NCBI RefSeq assembly: GCF_003334385.1
Contig: NZ_QOWN01000017.1
Reading direction: 5' to 3' (one strand)
DNA from: Escherichia coli
Lineage (GTDB): Bacteria; Pseudomonadota; Gammaproteobacteria; Enterobacterales; Enterobacteriaceae
DNA length: 64,000 bases
Part shown: one piece after another, positions 1 to 11,887 of the stretch
Numbering within the stretch: position 1 is the first letter of the stretch
Layout: each line of letters begins with the position of its first letter
The notes under the pieces: generated by a model
Told to the model about the DNA's origin: nothing
The model's input: only the letters and a program-made list of their open reading frames with translations
Database searches by the model: none
Translations under genes and position numbers: made by a program

Positions 1-477
1 CACGCCCATCACGCTGGAACAGAGAGTCAGCATCAGGCCAAACAGAACCGAGATCCGCGTGCCATAGAGAATGCGTGCCAGCACATCGCCGCCGTTGGCA
101 TCCGTTCCCAGCCAGTTTTGCCGGGAGGGTGGAGAAGGGAAGGGCTTATCGGTAGCAAAGTTGATACTGGTAGCACCAAAGCGAATCGGTGCCCACAGTA
201 CCCAGCCGTTATTTTCCAGCCGTTGTTTCAGCCACGGGTCCTGATAATCAGCCTGACTTGCCAGCGGGCCGCCAAAATCGCTTTCGCTGTAGTTTTTCAA
301 TAACGGGAAATACCAACTGCCGTCATAACGCACCAGCAACGGTTTATCGTTGGCGATAAGTTCAGAACACAAACTCAAACCAAACAAGACGAGGAAAATC
401 CATAACGACCAGTAGCCGCGACGGTTATGACGAAAACGCGCCCAACGGGCCTGATTGACGGGGCTGAGTCGCGACAT
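1..477 (-). CDS. yejE: ABC transporter permease YejE, N-terminal portion only (gene runs off the window start)
   Basis: Minus-strand frame open from 477 to position 1; ATG at 475-477 overlaps the yejB stop (TAATG coupling); translation [34 protein letters not shown]... fits YejE; position after yejB as in the yejABEF operon. Not in ORF track because no stop lies in the window. Confidence 0.75.
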   Translation of the reverse strand, partial: MSRLSPVNQARWARFRHNRRGYWSLWIFLVLFGLSLCSELIANDKPLLVRYDGSWYFPLLKNYSESDFGGPLASQADYQDPWLKQRLENNGWVLWAPIRFGATSINFATDKPFPSPPSRQNWLGTDANGGDVLARILYGTRISVLFGLMLTLCSSVMGV

Positions 478-1571
478 TAACGTCCCTCAAAATCAATACG
501 CGGATCAACCAGCGTATAGCTGATATCACTGACAATATTCAGCAGCAGGCCAATCAGGGTGAAAATATACAAGGTACCAAACATTACAGGATAATCGCGC
601 GAGACGGTCGCTTCGTAGCCCAGTAAGCCCAGACCATTGAGTGAAAACATCACCTCAATCAGCAGCGAGCCGGTAAAAAACATGCTGATAAACGTCGCCG
701 GAAAACCGGCAATCACCAGCAGCATGGCGTTGCGGAACACATGTTTCCAGAGAATATTTTTTTCACTTACCCCTTTCGCACGCGCGGTCACCACGTATTG
801 CTTGCGCACTTCATCAAGGAATGAGTTTTTTGTCAGCATGGTCAGCGCCGCAAAGCCACCAATCACTGTCGCCAGCACCGGCAGTGTGATATGCCACAGA
901 TAATCGGTGATTTTCTGATACCACGGCAGCGAATCAAAGTTAGCGGAAACCAGGCCGCGTAGAGGGAACAGGTCGAAATAGCTGCCGCCCGCGAAGAAGA
1001 CAATCAGCAGGATGGCAAACAAAAAGGCCGGAATGGCGTAGCCGATGATGATAAATGCGCTACTCCAGACGTCAAAGCGGCTCCCATTATAAACAGCTTT
1101 GCGAATGCCTAACGGAATCGACACCAGATAGATAATCAGCGTGCTCCACAATCCGAGGGTGATGGAAACCGGCAGACTGTCTTTAATCAGCGTCAGCACC
1201 GAGGCGCTGCGAAACAGGCTATCGCCAAAATCAAAGCGGATGTAGTCCCAGAGCATTTTGAAGTAACGTTCGTGGATCGGCTTATCAAAACCGTAGCGAT
1301 GAGTGATCTCAGCGATCACTTCTGGATCTAATCCGCGTCCGCCACGGTAATTACTGTCGCTGATATTGCCGACACCCGTTTGCGCATGGCTGGCACGAAC
1401 ACCTTCACCGCCTGCGCCGGGTAATACTCCGGCATTACCAAACTCAATGGCGGCGATGGCCTGGTCGACCGGACCGCCAGGCGCAATTTGCACGATGAAA
1501 AAGTTGATGGTGATAATCGCCCATAATGTTGGGATCACCAGCAACAGACGGCGAATCAGGTAAGCGCCCAT
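477..1571 (-). CDS. yejB: oligopeptide/microcin C ABC transporter permease YejB
   Basis: 364 aa ORF in track; polytopic membrane protein with ABC permease signature; synteny between yejA and yejE. Confidence 0.9.
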
Positions 1572-3386
1572 CTACTCTCCCTGTTTGCTGGCGGACGGCA
1601 GTTTGGCCGCTTTATTGACGTCATACCACCAGGTATCGATACCGAGGCTATAGATGGGGCGCACGGCCGGCTGGGAGAATTTATCCCACCAGGCGAGACG
1701 GTCTTCCGCCATGTACCACATTGGCAGCATGTAATAATTCCACGTTAATACGCGATCCAGTGCTCGCCCCAACGGCAGTAATTTTTCTTTATTTCCCTGC
1801 GCGGCAATAATTTGGTTGATCAGCGAGTCGATAACCGGGCTTTGCACGCCGGGGGCATTATAAGTGGAATTGATATATTCCGATGACCAGGAAATCTGTA
1901 AATCGGAACTGGGTCACGGCATCGCCCGCCATACGCGTGGCATCATGTCATAGTCGCGACTGCGCATGCGGTTAGTGATTTGCGAGTTATCCACCTTGCG
2001 AATGTCCATGTTGATACCTAGCCGTTGCAGGCTGTGCTGGAACGGCAATACCCACTGACTATTGCTGCTTGCGGGAAGCAATAATTCAAAGCTGAGTGGC
2101 TGACCCGTTGTGGCATTAACGCGTTGCTGACCCTTCAGCACCCAGCCCGCTTCGTTGAGAAGTTTGTCGGCTTTTAACAGGTTGTCACGATCGTAGCCAT
2201 CGCCTTTGGATACCGGCGGCTGGTAGATTTGTGTGAAGACTTCTGACGGTAGATCTTTTTTCATTGGTGCCAGAAGCACCAGCTCCGCGGCGTCGGGGTA
2301 ATTTCTGGCCGCGTATTCGGTATTCTGAAAATAACTGTTCGTGCGACTCCAGGCATTGTAAAACAACGCCTTGTTCATCCATTCAAAGTCAAAGGCGAGA
2401 GTGATAGCTTCCCGGACCCGGCGATCGCTGAATACCGGACGTTGGATATTAAACGCCAGCCAACGCGTATCTTGGGCTGATTCGTTCTTTTGCTCATCTT
2501 TGATGATGTATTTTTTATCGAAATTTTTACCGGTATAACGCGTGGCCCAGTTTTTGGCGTCGTTTTCCATACGCAAATCAAAGGCACCTGCTTTAAACGC
2601 TTCAAAGGCGACATTATCATCGAGGTAATAATCGTAGCGAATGGTGTCGAAATTCCAGCGTCCACGGTTTACCGGTAAGTTTGCTGCCCAGTAATCTTTC
2701 ACACGGGAATAGACAATATTTTGCCCCATTTTCCAGGACGTAACGCGGTACGGACCACTGGCAAGCGGAGGCGTGGCGAGCGGGTCGCTAAGTTTGTGAT
2801 CCTTCCAGTACTTTTCTGGAAATACCGGCAGCGAAAACAGACTCAGCATATCTTCTTTGCCGGGTTTAGCTAACTCAATGCGCACGGTTAACGGTGCAAT
2901 GGCTTTGACGGTGGTGCCTTTGTAGACCAGACGAAATTGCGGCACGCCTTCGGTCATAAATTTTTGAAAAGTAAACTCTACATCGCGGGCAGTAATGGGC
3001 GAACCATCATGAAAACGGGCGCGCGGATTAATAGCGACCTCCACCCAGGAATAATCGTCAGCATAGCGTGCGCTTTCAGCAATCAGCGGGTAATAACTGC
3101 CTGGTTCGTCATCGGAAGTCGTAAATAGCGTGTCGTACAGCTGCTCGGTGCGTGCGCCCGGGTTGCCGCGCAGTGCATAGCGGTTGAAATTATCGAAGGT
3201 GCCGAGGGCTGACAACGTTATCTGCCCACCTTTTGGCGCGGCGGGGTTCACATAATCAAAATGGTTGAAATTAAACGCGTACCGGGGTTCGCCCAGCACG
3301 GCAAAGGCATAGCTTTCCTTGATAGCCTGCGCCTGCACACCAAAGGTGAACAGAGCGATAAACAGCAGCAGTATGCGCACAATCAT
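1572..3386 (-). pseudogene. yejA: periplasmic substrate-binding protein YejA interrupted by an in-frame TGA (stop at 1914-1916)
   Basis: Track ORFs 1914..3392 (492 aa) and 1572..1847 (91 aa) are in the same frame, separated only by TGA at 1914-1916; together with start at MIVRILLL (3386) they span 604 codons, the length I recall for intact YejA. Confidence 0.7.
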
Positions 3387-3467
3387 CTGCAACGGATTTC
3401 CTTTTACTCATCATTAGCCGCAATCCGGCATGCTTTCACTATGAATAATAAGGGACGTAAGCACACC

Positions 3468-5024
3468 TTACCACTGCGGCGTATACGGTTTCTTTAGCCA
3501 GCGAACAAAATCGTCCAGCGGTAACGGGCGGCTAATCCAGTAGCCTTGCATGAAATTAACGCCGCGTTCGCTTAGCCATCGCGCCTGTTCCGGCGTTTCG
3601 ACCCCTTCAGCAACCGTCAGCATATTGAGGCGTTTCGCCAGCGTCAGCACCGCGTCAAGTACGGGGGAAGTGATCGTTTCCGTACCGATGGCGTTGATAA
3701 ATCCACGGTCAATTTTCAGATAATCGAGCGTAAAACGCTCAAGATAGATAAGCGCGCTGTGCCCGGTGCCGAAGTCATCAATAGCAATTTCTACGCCGAC
3801 CGAGTGCAGCCAGGCGAAGAGTTGTGTGGCTTCTTGCTCTTTCAACATATCGCGCTCGGTAATTTCCAGCACAATCTGGAAATGGTGTGCGGGCAGGGAA
3901 GTGAGCAGTTTCTGGATATCTGCTTTAAAGCTTTCGCTGTGCAGATGGTCCGGCGCAATGTTAATACCAAATTTGACGCCTACCGGCAGCACTTTTTCTA
4001 ATTCTGCGGCATCGCGGGCAATTAACTCAAACAGGTGCTGAGTCAGCGGCACAATCATCTTTTGCGATTCGGCAAAGTTAATGAAGGCATCCGGGGGAAT
4101 TTCTCCCGCGACAGGATGCCGCCAGCGTAGCAGTACTTCCAGGCCCGTTACTCGCAAAGCTTGTGTATCCACCACCGGTTGATACGCCACGTAAAATTGT
4201 TCGCGCTTGATGGCGGTCATGATTTCTCTGCCGGGGCGCATACGTACGCTCATCAGGTAATAGCAGAGCAGGCCAACGACAGTTCCACTCATGCCGCCCA
4301 GTAAAAATGCGTACCACACATCGTTCCATGTCCAGTCATCTGCATAAAGCCGAACGGTCAGAGGAATGCCCGCAATTTTAGTTTCACGGACTGGCATGTC
4401 GGTTAATTCGTTAACGTTCATCAAACGTGAAGAAAAGGTAGATAGCGCAGTATTGCCAATAATGAGGGCGACGCCATCGTAATCTTCCTGCCGTGAACTA
4501 TAAAAGAGTGAAGGCGTCAGGTTGAGATTCAGAGCGGCAAAGACGCCGCTATTTTTCAGCAAAGGGTTGCGATACCAGATGACGATTGCGGGTTTGTTCG
4601 GCACCATCGGCGTGCCGGGTAAGATCGCCATATCGACGTTTTTATTAATGTCGAGCGCCGGAATCAATTCATTGAGTGGAATGTCCATCTCACCGGTCGC
4701 AGATGAACAGAATGTTTTTTTATCTTTCACCAGCACAAACGTTCGGACATTCATGCTAAACGCTGCGCGGGCGGTCAGTTCGGGGTTAGCTTGCTGGCAG
4801 GTATCTAAGGTCAGCGGCTGGAGCCGGTCAGTAGTGGATTTCAGGTCGGCAAAATAGGTATCGAGATACTTTTGTACGTCGGTAATCAGTGTGTCGTATT
4901 TGACTTCGTGCTTATGCCAGGCCACTAAAAACTGAAGGCAACTCACCAGTATCGCAATCATTACGCCTGCAACAATGCAGGTAAGCAGGAGCTTACGTCC
5001 AAAATTGGGAGCGCGTATGAACAT
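3468..5024 (-). CDS. rtn: membrane-anchored EAL-domain protein Rtn (c-di-GMP phosphodiesterase family)
   Basis: 518 aa ORF; N-terminal TM segment plus C-terminal EAL-like domain; synteny between yejA and mepS. Confidence 0.85.
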   Translation of the reverse strand: MFIRAPNFGRKLLLTCIVAGVMIAILVSCLQFLVAWHKHEVKYDTLITDVQKYLDTYFADLKSTTDRLQPLTLDTCQQANPELTARAAFSMNVRTFVLVKDKKTFCSSATGEMDIPLNELIPALDINKNVDMAILPGTPMVPNKPAIVIWYRNPLLKNSGVFAALNLNLTPSLFYSSRQEDYDGVALIIGNTALSTFSSRLMNVNELTDMPVRETKIAGIPLTVRLYADDWTWNDVWYAFLLGGMSGTVVGLLCYYLMSVRMRPGREIMTAIKREQFYVAYQPVVDTQALRVTGLEVLLRWRHPVAGEIPPDAFINFAESQKMIVPLTQHLFELIARDAAELEKVLPVGVKFGINIAPDHLHSESFKADIQKLLTSLPAHHFQIVLEITERDMLKEQEATQLFAWLHSVGVEIAIDDFGTGHSALIYLERFTLDYLKIDRGFINAIGTETITSPVLDAVLTLAKRLNMLTVAEGVETPEQARWLSERGVNFMQGYWISRPLPLDDFVRWLKKPYTPQW

Positions 5025-5130
5025 GATTCCGTTAATTTCCTGAAATTACGACAACATTTAAAAGATAACAATGACCGGACTATAGCCTGGATCAAGACGC
5101 GGAAACATCATTTTCTCTGATGAATGAAAA

Positions 5131-5158
5131 CAAAAAAGCACTGCCTAAGCAGTGCTTT
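5131..5158 (-). terminator. rho-independent terminator downstream of mepS
   Basis: Inverted repeat aagcactgc/gcagtgctt (5136-5158) with A-run on plus strand (T-run on minus strand) immediately 3' of mepS. Confidence 0.5.
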
Positions 5159-5204
5159 CAGTTAACTCGTCAGGATAGCCAAGGGATTGCATCCAAACGG
5201 TTTA

Positions 5205-5771
5205 TTAGCTGCGGCTGAGAACCCGGCGTGCTTCGTTGTAACGCTTCTTCCAGTACGGTTCATTCATGCTGGAAATAATAACACCACTGCTGGTGGAAGC
5301 ATGGACAAACTGATTGTTGCCGATATAAATACCGACATGGCGTCCCGTTGAACCGGCACGGAACAGAACTAAATCACCCGTACGCAAATTACTGCGGGAA
5401 ACAGATTTACCCATTTCCTGCTGTTCGTAAGTCGAACGCGGAAGTTCTAAGCCAAATTGCTCACGGAATGTACGCTGTACGAAACCAGAACAATCGATAC
5501 CTTTTTTAGTGCTGCCGCCCAGACGATAACGTACGCCTTTCCAGTCAGCATACTGATCCATAATTCGCGATTTTACGTCGACATTACGAACCAGGTTTTC
5601 AAATTCATCCTGAGAAGCTTGCAGTGATGATGTTTCACTACCCACTGCACGTGTCTCAGGATGCATATTCTTTGCGGTGTTATTTGCACTACATGCAGAA
5701 AGCAGAACCGCTACTGCAATCGCGGGAATCCCGCGCAAGATATATCTCAAAATCGGTTGAGATTTGACCAT
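5205..5771 (-). CDS. mepS: peptidoglycan DD-endopeptidase/LD-carboxypeptidase MepS (Spr), NlpC/P60 lipoprotein
   Basis: 188 aa ORF with lipoprotein signal (LLSACS) and NlpC/P60 Cys-His motif region; synteny. Confidence 0.9.
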
Positions 5772-6182
5772 GTTGTTTGTTTTCCCTTGAAGTCCTTAAC
5801 GACAAATATCGTTATAAAAAAATGCCAAGCGACACGAGACTAATTACCTGGGCATGTTGAAACAATTCCTTAAGGCCAAATCTGTGGACTAACGCACAAA
5901 ATTATATGCTGTGAGGATAATCTACCGCCGAGGCAAAACGAGTTCGAGATTACCCGATTGGTGCGGTCTTGGCGAGCGGTTTTACATGATTTTTTATAAG
6001 AAAAAGTGATACAGAAAGTTAATAAGCGGGGTTGGTCAATTAAAGTACAATTGAGTGAAACGCATGCAATCCATTCATTTACTTAGAGAATGATTTTTGC
6101 GTTCGATAGATGAAAGCACGGTGCGCATCATCAGGATTATCCTCACTATAAAAATAACCCTGATGATGTTAATTACTGTGAG

Positions 6183-6896
6183 TTATTTGTTTTGGAAATG
6201 TTTGTTTTTTCCTGGTAGTGATTTGTCAAAAAAGGTGATTAATCGATCACTTAATGGCGTCAGCAACACCCAGGGCAAACCGATCAATATCACGGTCATC
6301 GAACCGACAATGATGTCAGTAAACCAGTGTGCGCCAATCATTACTCTGGGAAATGCAAAAACCACAAAAATAATAAGGGCGATAAGGCCTGCAACTTTGC
6401 CGAAATAACGCCACATGAATGCCGAAAAAATAAGCAGCATCATGCCGTGATCGCCGGGAAAGCTATCTCGTGAGGCATCTTTCGTGGGAACAGAGAGCAG
6501 TTCGCTGACGCGGTTAATATCGGTAAAAGTCAATGTTGGGCTGGCCCGTTTTACAGGAATTAATGCCTGACCCAGCTGGTTTAATACCACTGCAGTTAAT
6601 AGCATGACCAGACCAATAATCACGATACGTCGTCTGCCAGGGGCGTTTTCTTTCAGCCAGAAACTCAGCATCAACATACCCATCGCCAGCAGTGAACAAC
6701 CGTCGAAGGCGCGATTGTTGGTCAATGCAACCAGCCACAAAAAGGCCTTACTTTCGACCAGTTTCTGATTAAAGAAATAAAAAATATCCGCATCAATCGG
6801 CAACCAGAATCCATGATTAACGGGGATATACCAGGAAAGAAACAGCGCGAGGCCGACAATATTCAACAACACTATTTGCGGCAAATTTTTAATCAT
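6183..6896 (-). CDS. lpxT: lipid A 1-diphosphate synthase LpxT (PAP2 family)
   Basis: Track ORF 6183..6932; likely start at MIKNLPQ (6896) giving 237 aa; multi-TM PAP2-like protein; synteny next to yeiR. Confidence 0.8.
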   Translation of the reverse strand: MIKNLPQIVLLNIVGLALFLSWYIPVNHGFWLPIDADIFYFFNQKLVESKAFLWLVALTNNRAFDGCSLLAMGMLMLSFWLKENAPGRRRIVIIGLVMLLTAVVLNQLGQALIPVKRASPTLTFTDINRVSELLSVPTKDASRDSFPGDHGMMLLIFSAFMWRYFGKVAGLIALIIFVVFAFPRVMIGAHWFTDIIVGSMTVILIGLPWVLLTPLSDRLITFFDKSLPGKNKHFQNK

Positions 6897-6934
6897 ATTT
6901 TCTCTAATTATCTTACTGAAAAACGCAGGCAACC

Positions 6935-7921
6935 TTACGCGGTAGTCGCTAAACGAAGCTTCAACAGCGCGCTCTGCAAGGCATTCCAGTCAGCTTCGCT
7001 GCTGGAAATCAGCTCAATACGGCTGTCCGGTGGCGCAACGTTTTGCGTTTCAATGTGCAGGTCATCGCCCTGACGGTTGATTCGCACCAGCCCTTCGGGA
7101 ATACGCAGCACGCCTTTGACGCGTTCCACCGGTGCAAGTCGCGCCCATTCCAGAATGCCAATGGTGTCGAATACCGTATCAGCGTCGAATATCCAGCCGC
7201 AGGCCTGATATCCTTGCCCGCTGTTCAGACTGCGACGCCAGCGTTGATGCTCTGGCAGGCTTAACGCTGCTAACCCTTTTTTCACGACATGCTGATGAGA
7301 ATGCGCGGCGCTGGCGGGCAACTCGGCTAAATTGCGACGCGGCAAATCCAGAAGATGACCGTCAACTTTCCCATGCTCACTGTGAATTAATTGTCGATCG
7401 CCACCATTTTGCTGCCACCAACGCTGTAGCGCTTGCTCACTTTCGGGCGTCGTACGGTCGGATTTATTGGCGACAATGATGTCTGCGGCAGCCAGCTGGT
7501 CACGGAAGTTTTCATTGCTGGCGCTTTTTTCGTCCAGCAGCAAGCGCGGATCGAGAATGCACAAGGTGGCGCGCAGATCTATCCACGGTTCATAGACTGG
7601 TGCGGTTAACAGATCGAGGATCTGTTTCGGATGGCCCAGCCCGGTCGGCTCTATCAACAAGCGGTCTGGTTTTCCCTGACGCAGTAAGGTATTCAACCCT
7701 ACCTGCATGGGTAAACCATTAACGCAGCACATGCAGCCGCCGGGGATCTCTTTCAGCAATGCGCCGCTATCGGCGAGCAAAGCACCATCAATTCCGACTT
7801 CCCCAAATTCATTAACCAGTACCGCCCATTTTTCGTTGGGATCTTTATGGGCTAACAGATGAAGAATCGACGTGGTTTTCCCGCTGCCGAGAAAACCGGT
7901 GATGAGGTTGGTCCTGGTCAC
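6935..7921 (-). CDS. yeiR: CobW/P47K-family zinc-binding GTPase YeiR
   Basis: 328 aa ORF; N-terminal P-loop GFLGSGKTT and CxCC motif; synteny. Confidence 0.85.
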   Translation of the reverse strand: MTRTNLITGFLGSGKTTSILHLLAHKDPNEKWAVLVNEFGEVGIDGALLADSGALLKEIPGGCMCCVNGLPMQVGLNTLLRQGKPDRLLIEPTGLGHPKQILDLLTAPVYEPWIDLRATLCILDPRLLLDEKSASNENFRDQLAAADIIVANKSDRTTPESEQALQRWWQQNGGDRQLIHSEHGKVDGHLLDLPRRNLAELPASAAHSHQHVVKKGLAALSLPEHQRWRRSLNSGQGYQACGWIFDADTVFDTIGILEWARLAPVERVKGVLRIPEGLVRINRQGDDLHIETQNVAPPDSRIELISSSEADWNALQSALLKLRLATTA

Positions 7922-8038
7922 AACGGCTCCGCAATACTCTGGTAAGTTAACTGAGCGTTAATCCTGGCTAAAAAAGGCAGAAAAGAGAAGGGGAGAGCGG
8001 ACGAAGGTGAGCTTCATCCGCTTTAACCGCAGAAATCG

Positions 8039-9505
8039 TTAAATTTTGAGGGTGTTTAATAGCGCCTGATGTGCGCCGAATTGTACGATTTGTTGCCAGG
8101 CTTGTTCGATGGCCTGCACAAAATGCGGGTTATCTGGCAGATCATCACCGAAAACTTCACGCAGGGAAAGCAGGGCGGTTACGCGTTGTTCACTGCTGCT
8201 GCCCGCAACAAGTTCGCGAATTTTATCGCTAAGCGGATCGCGAACATCAATGGCATTTCCGGCATCATCAACGCCGCTGACGTAACGCATCCAGCCTGCA
8301 ACGCCTAATGCCAGCAACGACCAGTCCGTTTCGCGCCCCTGATGTATGCGAATACCTGCCAGCATGCGTTGCGGTAATTTCTGGCTGCCATCCATCGCGA
8401 TTTGCCAGGTCTTATGTTTCAGCGCCGGATTAGCAAAACGTGCAATTAACTTATCCGCATATTGTGTTAAATCGACATCTTTAATTTGCAGTGTCGGCGC
8501 TTGCTCATCCAGCATTAATGTTCTGGCGGCATGGCGAAATGCGCGATCCTGCATGCAATCACTGATATGGGCGAATCCTGAGAGGTAACCCAGATAAGCG
8601 AGAAAAGAGTGGCTGCCATTAAGCATCCGCAGTTTCATCTCTTCCCATGGCAGGACATCATTCACCATTTGTACACCTGCGACTTCCCAGGCAGGACGCC
8701 CAGCGACGAAGTTATCTTCCACCACCCACTGGATAAACGGTTCGCAGCTAATCGCGCAGGGATCATTCACCCCCAGATGCTGGCTGATTTCCACCAGTGA
8801 TTCGTCGGTTGCAGCCGGAACAATGCGGTCGACCATGGTTCCCGGAAAACTGACGTGCTCTTTTATCCACCCGGCGAGTTCTGGCGAACGTTTTTCTGCC
8901 ATTCCCAGCACCGCGTTTTTCACCACATGACCATTGTCGGGAATATTGTCGCAGGAGAGCACGGTAAACGGTGTAAGGCCGCGCTCACGGCGGCGTTTCA
9001 GTGCTTCGACGAGAATACCCGGTGCGGAGTGAGGTTCTTCAGGGGTTTGTAGATCGTGAATAATCCGCGGATTACTGGTGTCGAGTGCACCGGTGGCCGG
9101 GTCAATACAATAGCCTTTTTCGGTAATCGTCAGGGAAACAATTGCCACCTGTGGCTCGCAAAATTTCTCAATAATTGCCGCTAAGGAATCCAGTTTTGCA
9201 TTAAGGCATTCGTGAACGGCACCGACAATTATCACCTGATTGCCGTCCGCACCTTTCTCCAGCACGGTATATAAATGGTTCTGTGCGCGGAGCTGGCTCA
9301 TCAGTTGATCACCGCTGAACAAGCTGATTTCACAGATCCCCCAGTCGCCGCCCTGGGCATTCAGCACACGATCGGTCAGTAACGCCTGATGAGCGCGGTG
9401 AAAGGCTCCAAAGCCAAAATGAACGATACGTGATTGCAACTGCTGGCGATCATAGCGTGGAGCGTGTACATGATGCGGGAGCGTAACGGAGGCGATTGTA
9501 TTCAT
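8039..9505 (-). CDS. yeiQ: mannitol/fructuronate dehydrogenase-family oxidoreductase YeiQ
   Basis: Track ORF 8039..9514; start probably MNTIASV (9505) for 488 aa; long-chain mannitol dehydrogenase family features; synteny. Confidence 0.8.
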   Translation of the reverse strand: MNTIASVTLPHHVHAPRYDRQQLQSRIVHFGFGAFHRAHQALLTDRVLNAQGGDWGICEISLFSGDQLMSQLRAQNHLYTVLEKGADGNQVIIVGAVHECLNAKLDSLAAIIEKFCEPQVAIVSLTITEKGYCIDPATGALDTSNPRIIHDLQTPEEPHSAPGILVEALKRRRERGLTPFTVLSCDNIPDNGHVVKNAVLGMAEKRSPELAGWIKEHVSFPGTMVDRIVPAATDESLVEISQHLGVNDPCAISCEPFIQWVVEDNFVAGRPAWEVAGVQMVNDVLPWEEMKLRMLNGSHSFLAYLGYLSGFAHISDCMQDRAFRHAARTLMLDEQAPTLQIKDVDLTQYADKLIARFANPALKHKTWQIAMDGSQKLPQRMLAGIRIHQGRETDWSLLALGVAGWMRYVSGVDDAGNAIDVRDPLSDKIRELVAGSSSEQRVTALLSLREVFGDDLPDNPHFVQAIEQAWQQIVQFGAHQALLNTLKI

Positions 9506-9727
9506 AGGAGTCACGTCTTAGTAACGATTAATTAACAACGACAGTGTAAAGTTATATGACAGCAATTGAAATTGGTCTGGATTGTTAATGCGATGAAGTG
9601 TGAGGGCGATCAATCAACGAGTGAAAATTGAGGGCGTAAGGTGTTCAGGAAGCGCAAAATAGAAGATTGGTATAATAAATTAAAAAAGGGACAGCCTGAG
9701 CTATCCCTTTTCTGCATGCGGCTGAAG

Positions 9728-10300
9728 TTAGTCAGCACGCCCCATATAACGGCGTTCTTCGATATGGATACGAATTTTTTCGCCCGGGCTTAAGTATTCT
9801 GGTACCTGAATCACCAGACCAGTGCTCAATGTCGCCGGTTTGTTACGGGCGCTGGCAGATGCCCCTTTGATGCCTGGTGCGGTTTCAACGATTTCCAGAT
9901 CAACGGTCTGCGGCAGCTCAAGCGCCAGCAGTTGACCGTCCCAGGTCAGCACCTGCATGTCCGGCATGCCGCCCTCTGGCATAAACAGCAACTCTTCTTC
10001 AATCTGATCTTTGGTGAAGGTATACGGGGTATAGTCTTCTTTATCCATAAAGACATATTCGTTGCCATCGACATAGGAGAAGTCAACGTAACGGCGGGTC
10101 AGCGTCACGGTGTCAACGATATCATCACCTTTGAAACGCTCTTCTACTTTCAGCCCGGTACGGACATCAGAAAAACGCATTTTGTACAGCGTAGCGGCAC
10201 CGCGGGCAGTGGGCGACTGAATATCAATATCCTTAACCAGCAGCAGTTTGCCGTTGTAATTCAGTACCATACCTTTTTTAATTTCGTTCGCTCTTGGCAT
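9728..10300 (-). CDS. yeiP: elongation factor P-like protein YeiP
   Basis: Track ORF is over-extended (275 aa); EF-P-like sequence begins at [10 protein letters not shown] (10300) giving 190 aa. Confidence 0.85.
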
Positions 10301-10454
10301 CGAAAAATTCCTGTAGTCGAAAATGTCAAAAATATCGCGACAAAGTACTCGCGACGGGCCTTTCGGGCAAGTGGTATTCGCACTTTTGCTGGTGCAAAAA
10401 AGGTGGTACTGTGCGCGCTCATCAATCCGGTGGTTAACCTTAAGAGAACAACGT

Positions 10455-10709
10455 ATGGAATGCCGTCCGGGTTGCGGGGCGTGTTGCACTGCCCCTTCAA
10501 TTTCCAGCCCTATTCCCGGTATGCCAGATGGCAAGCCCGCCAATACGCCCTGCATTCAGCTTGATGAACAGCAACGCTGTAAAATTTTCACCTCGCCACT
10601 GCGACCGAAAGTCTGTGCAGGCTTACAAGCCAGCGCTGAAATGTGCGGTAACTCGCGTCAGCAGGCCATGACCTGGCTTATCGATCTGGAAATGCTGACC
10701 GCGCCTTAA
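10455..10709 (+). CDS. yeiW: small cysteine-rich protein YeiW
   Basis: Track ORF 10323..10709; conserved part starts [11 protein letters not shown] (10455), 84 aa; overlaps setB stop by 4 nt. Confidence 0.65.
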
Positions 10710-11887
10710 ACATCTTTAATCCGCAGTAAGCAAAACAGAGTGGCGATAATCATCACCATCGCAAACCAGAACACAGCGTGATAATTCCAGATCTCGGCGA
10801 CGATGCCCGCCACTGATCCTGCGATGATCCAGCCCACGCGCGAAGTGTTGGTATAGAGCGTGGTGGCTGAACCCGCCTGACCGGGCATCAGATCCTGAAA
10901 ATAGAGCATCCCGATGCCGCCCAGAATGCCAATAAAAATAGCATTTAGCAGCTGCAAGCCCAACAGAATGACAGGTGAATGCGCCATCAGCATTCCTGCG
11001 TAAAAACAGACGCCACCCACGGCAGCAACGCGCATTAAGAAACGCTTACCCAGACGTTTGGCGAAATATCCGGCAATCAACATCGTCGGGATTTCCAGCC
11101 CGGCGGCGGTCCCCATCATCACACCGGCCAGTTTCTCGGGAAGATGCAGTTCGTTGATAATAAATAGCGGCATGTTGATGATGTACAGGCTGTTCGAGCC
11201 CCACATCAATGTACAAATGACAAACAGCAGCAGCGTATCGCGACGGTTACGGCGCGGCGCTTCGATCGTGCCGGTCGCCAGCGGAAGCTCTTTTTGCATC
11301 GACGGTAAAAACAGCCACACCATCACACCGCAAACAATAAACGCTACCGCTGCGCTCAGATACATTACCGTAAAGCTGAAACCCATCGCTAAGGCATAAG
11401 CCAGCGGTGGGCCAATGACCCATGCCAGTGAAACCTGAGCGCGTAAAAAAGAGCTGAACATCACCGCCTCACGTCCGGTTTTGTCGGCATGTTCACGGGC
11501 AAGGGCAAACATTTGCGGGTTAGCGGTCGAGCCAAAGCTGCTAAGAAAGACGCCAACGAATAGCAAAACAAAGTAGTTGCGATTCCAGGCAAAAAGGGTG
11601 CAGGCCAGCACGCCTAACAGGCAGCAAAAGACAATCAGCGATTTGCGATCGCCGCGCTTATCAGAGCGCCCGGCGAGAAACTGACTTACCAGAATCCCAA
11701 TGACAGCGCTGCCGGTAAAGAAGAATCCCACCATCGCCGGACGGGCATGTACTTCATCGGTAAGAAAAATACTGAGTGTCGGGGTTTGCAGAGCGCCCGC
11801 AATACCGGTGAGAAAGGCAACGATTAAAAACGCCGTCGAGGTCAGGTCAAACGATTTCGCGCTGGAGACTGCGGGGGAGTTATGCAT
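10706..11887 (-). CDS. setB: sugar efflux MFS transporter SetB
   Basis: 393 aa ORF, 12-TM MFS profile; synteny divergent from fruB. Confidence 0.85.

Noticed and set aside
118-303. 61 aa plus-strand ORF at window start
   Set aside because: Lies antisense within the yejE coding region.
1572-1847. 91 aa ORF treated as an independent small gene
   Set aside because: Same frame as upstream yejA, separated only by a single TGA; it is the yejA C-terminus.
1914-1916. TGA in yejA as selenocysteine or programmed recoding
   Set aside because: No SECIS-like hairpin immediately downstream and YejA is not a selenoprotein family; a simple nonsense change is more parsimonious.
9932-10564. 210 aa plus-strand ORF spanning yeiP and the yeiW upstream region
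   Set aside because: Mostly antisense to yeiP; the real plus-strand gene here is the short yeiW beginning at 10455.
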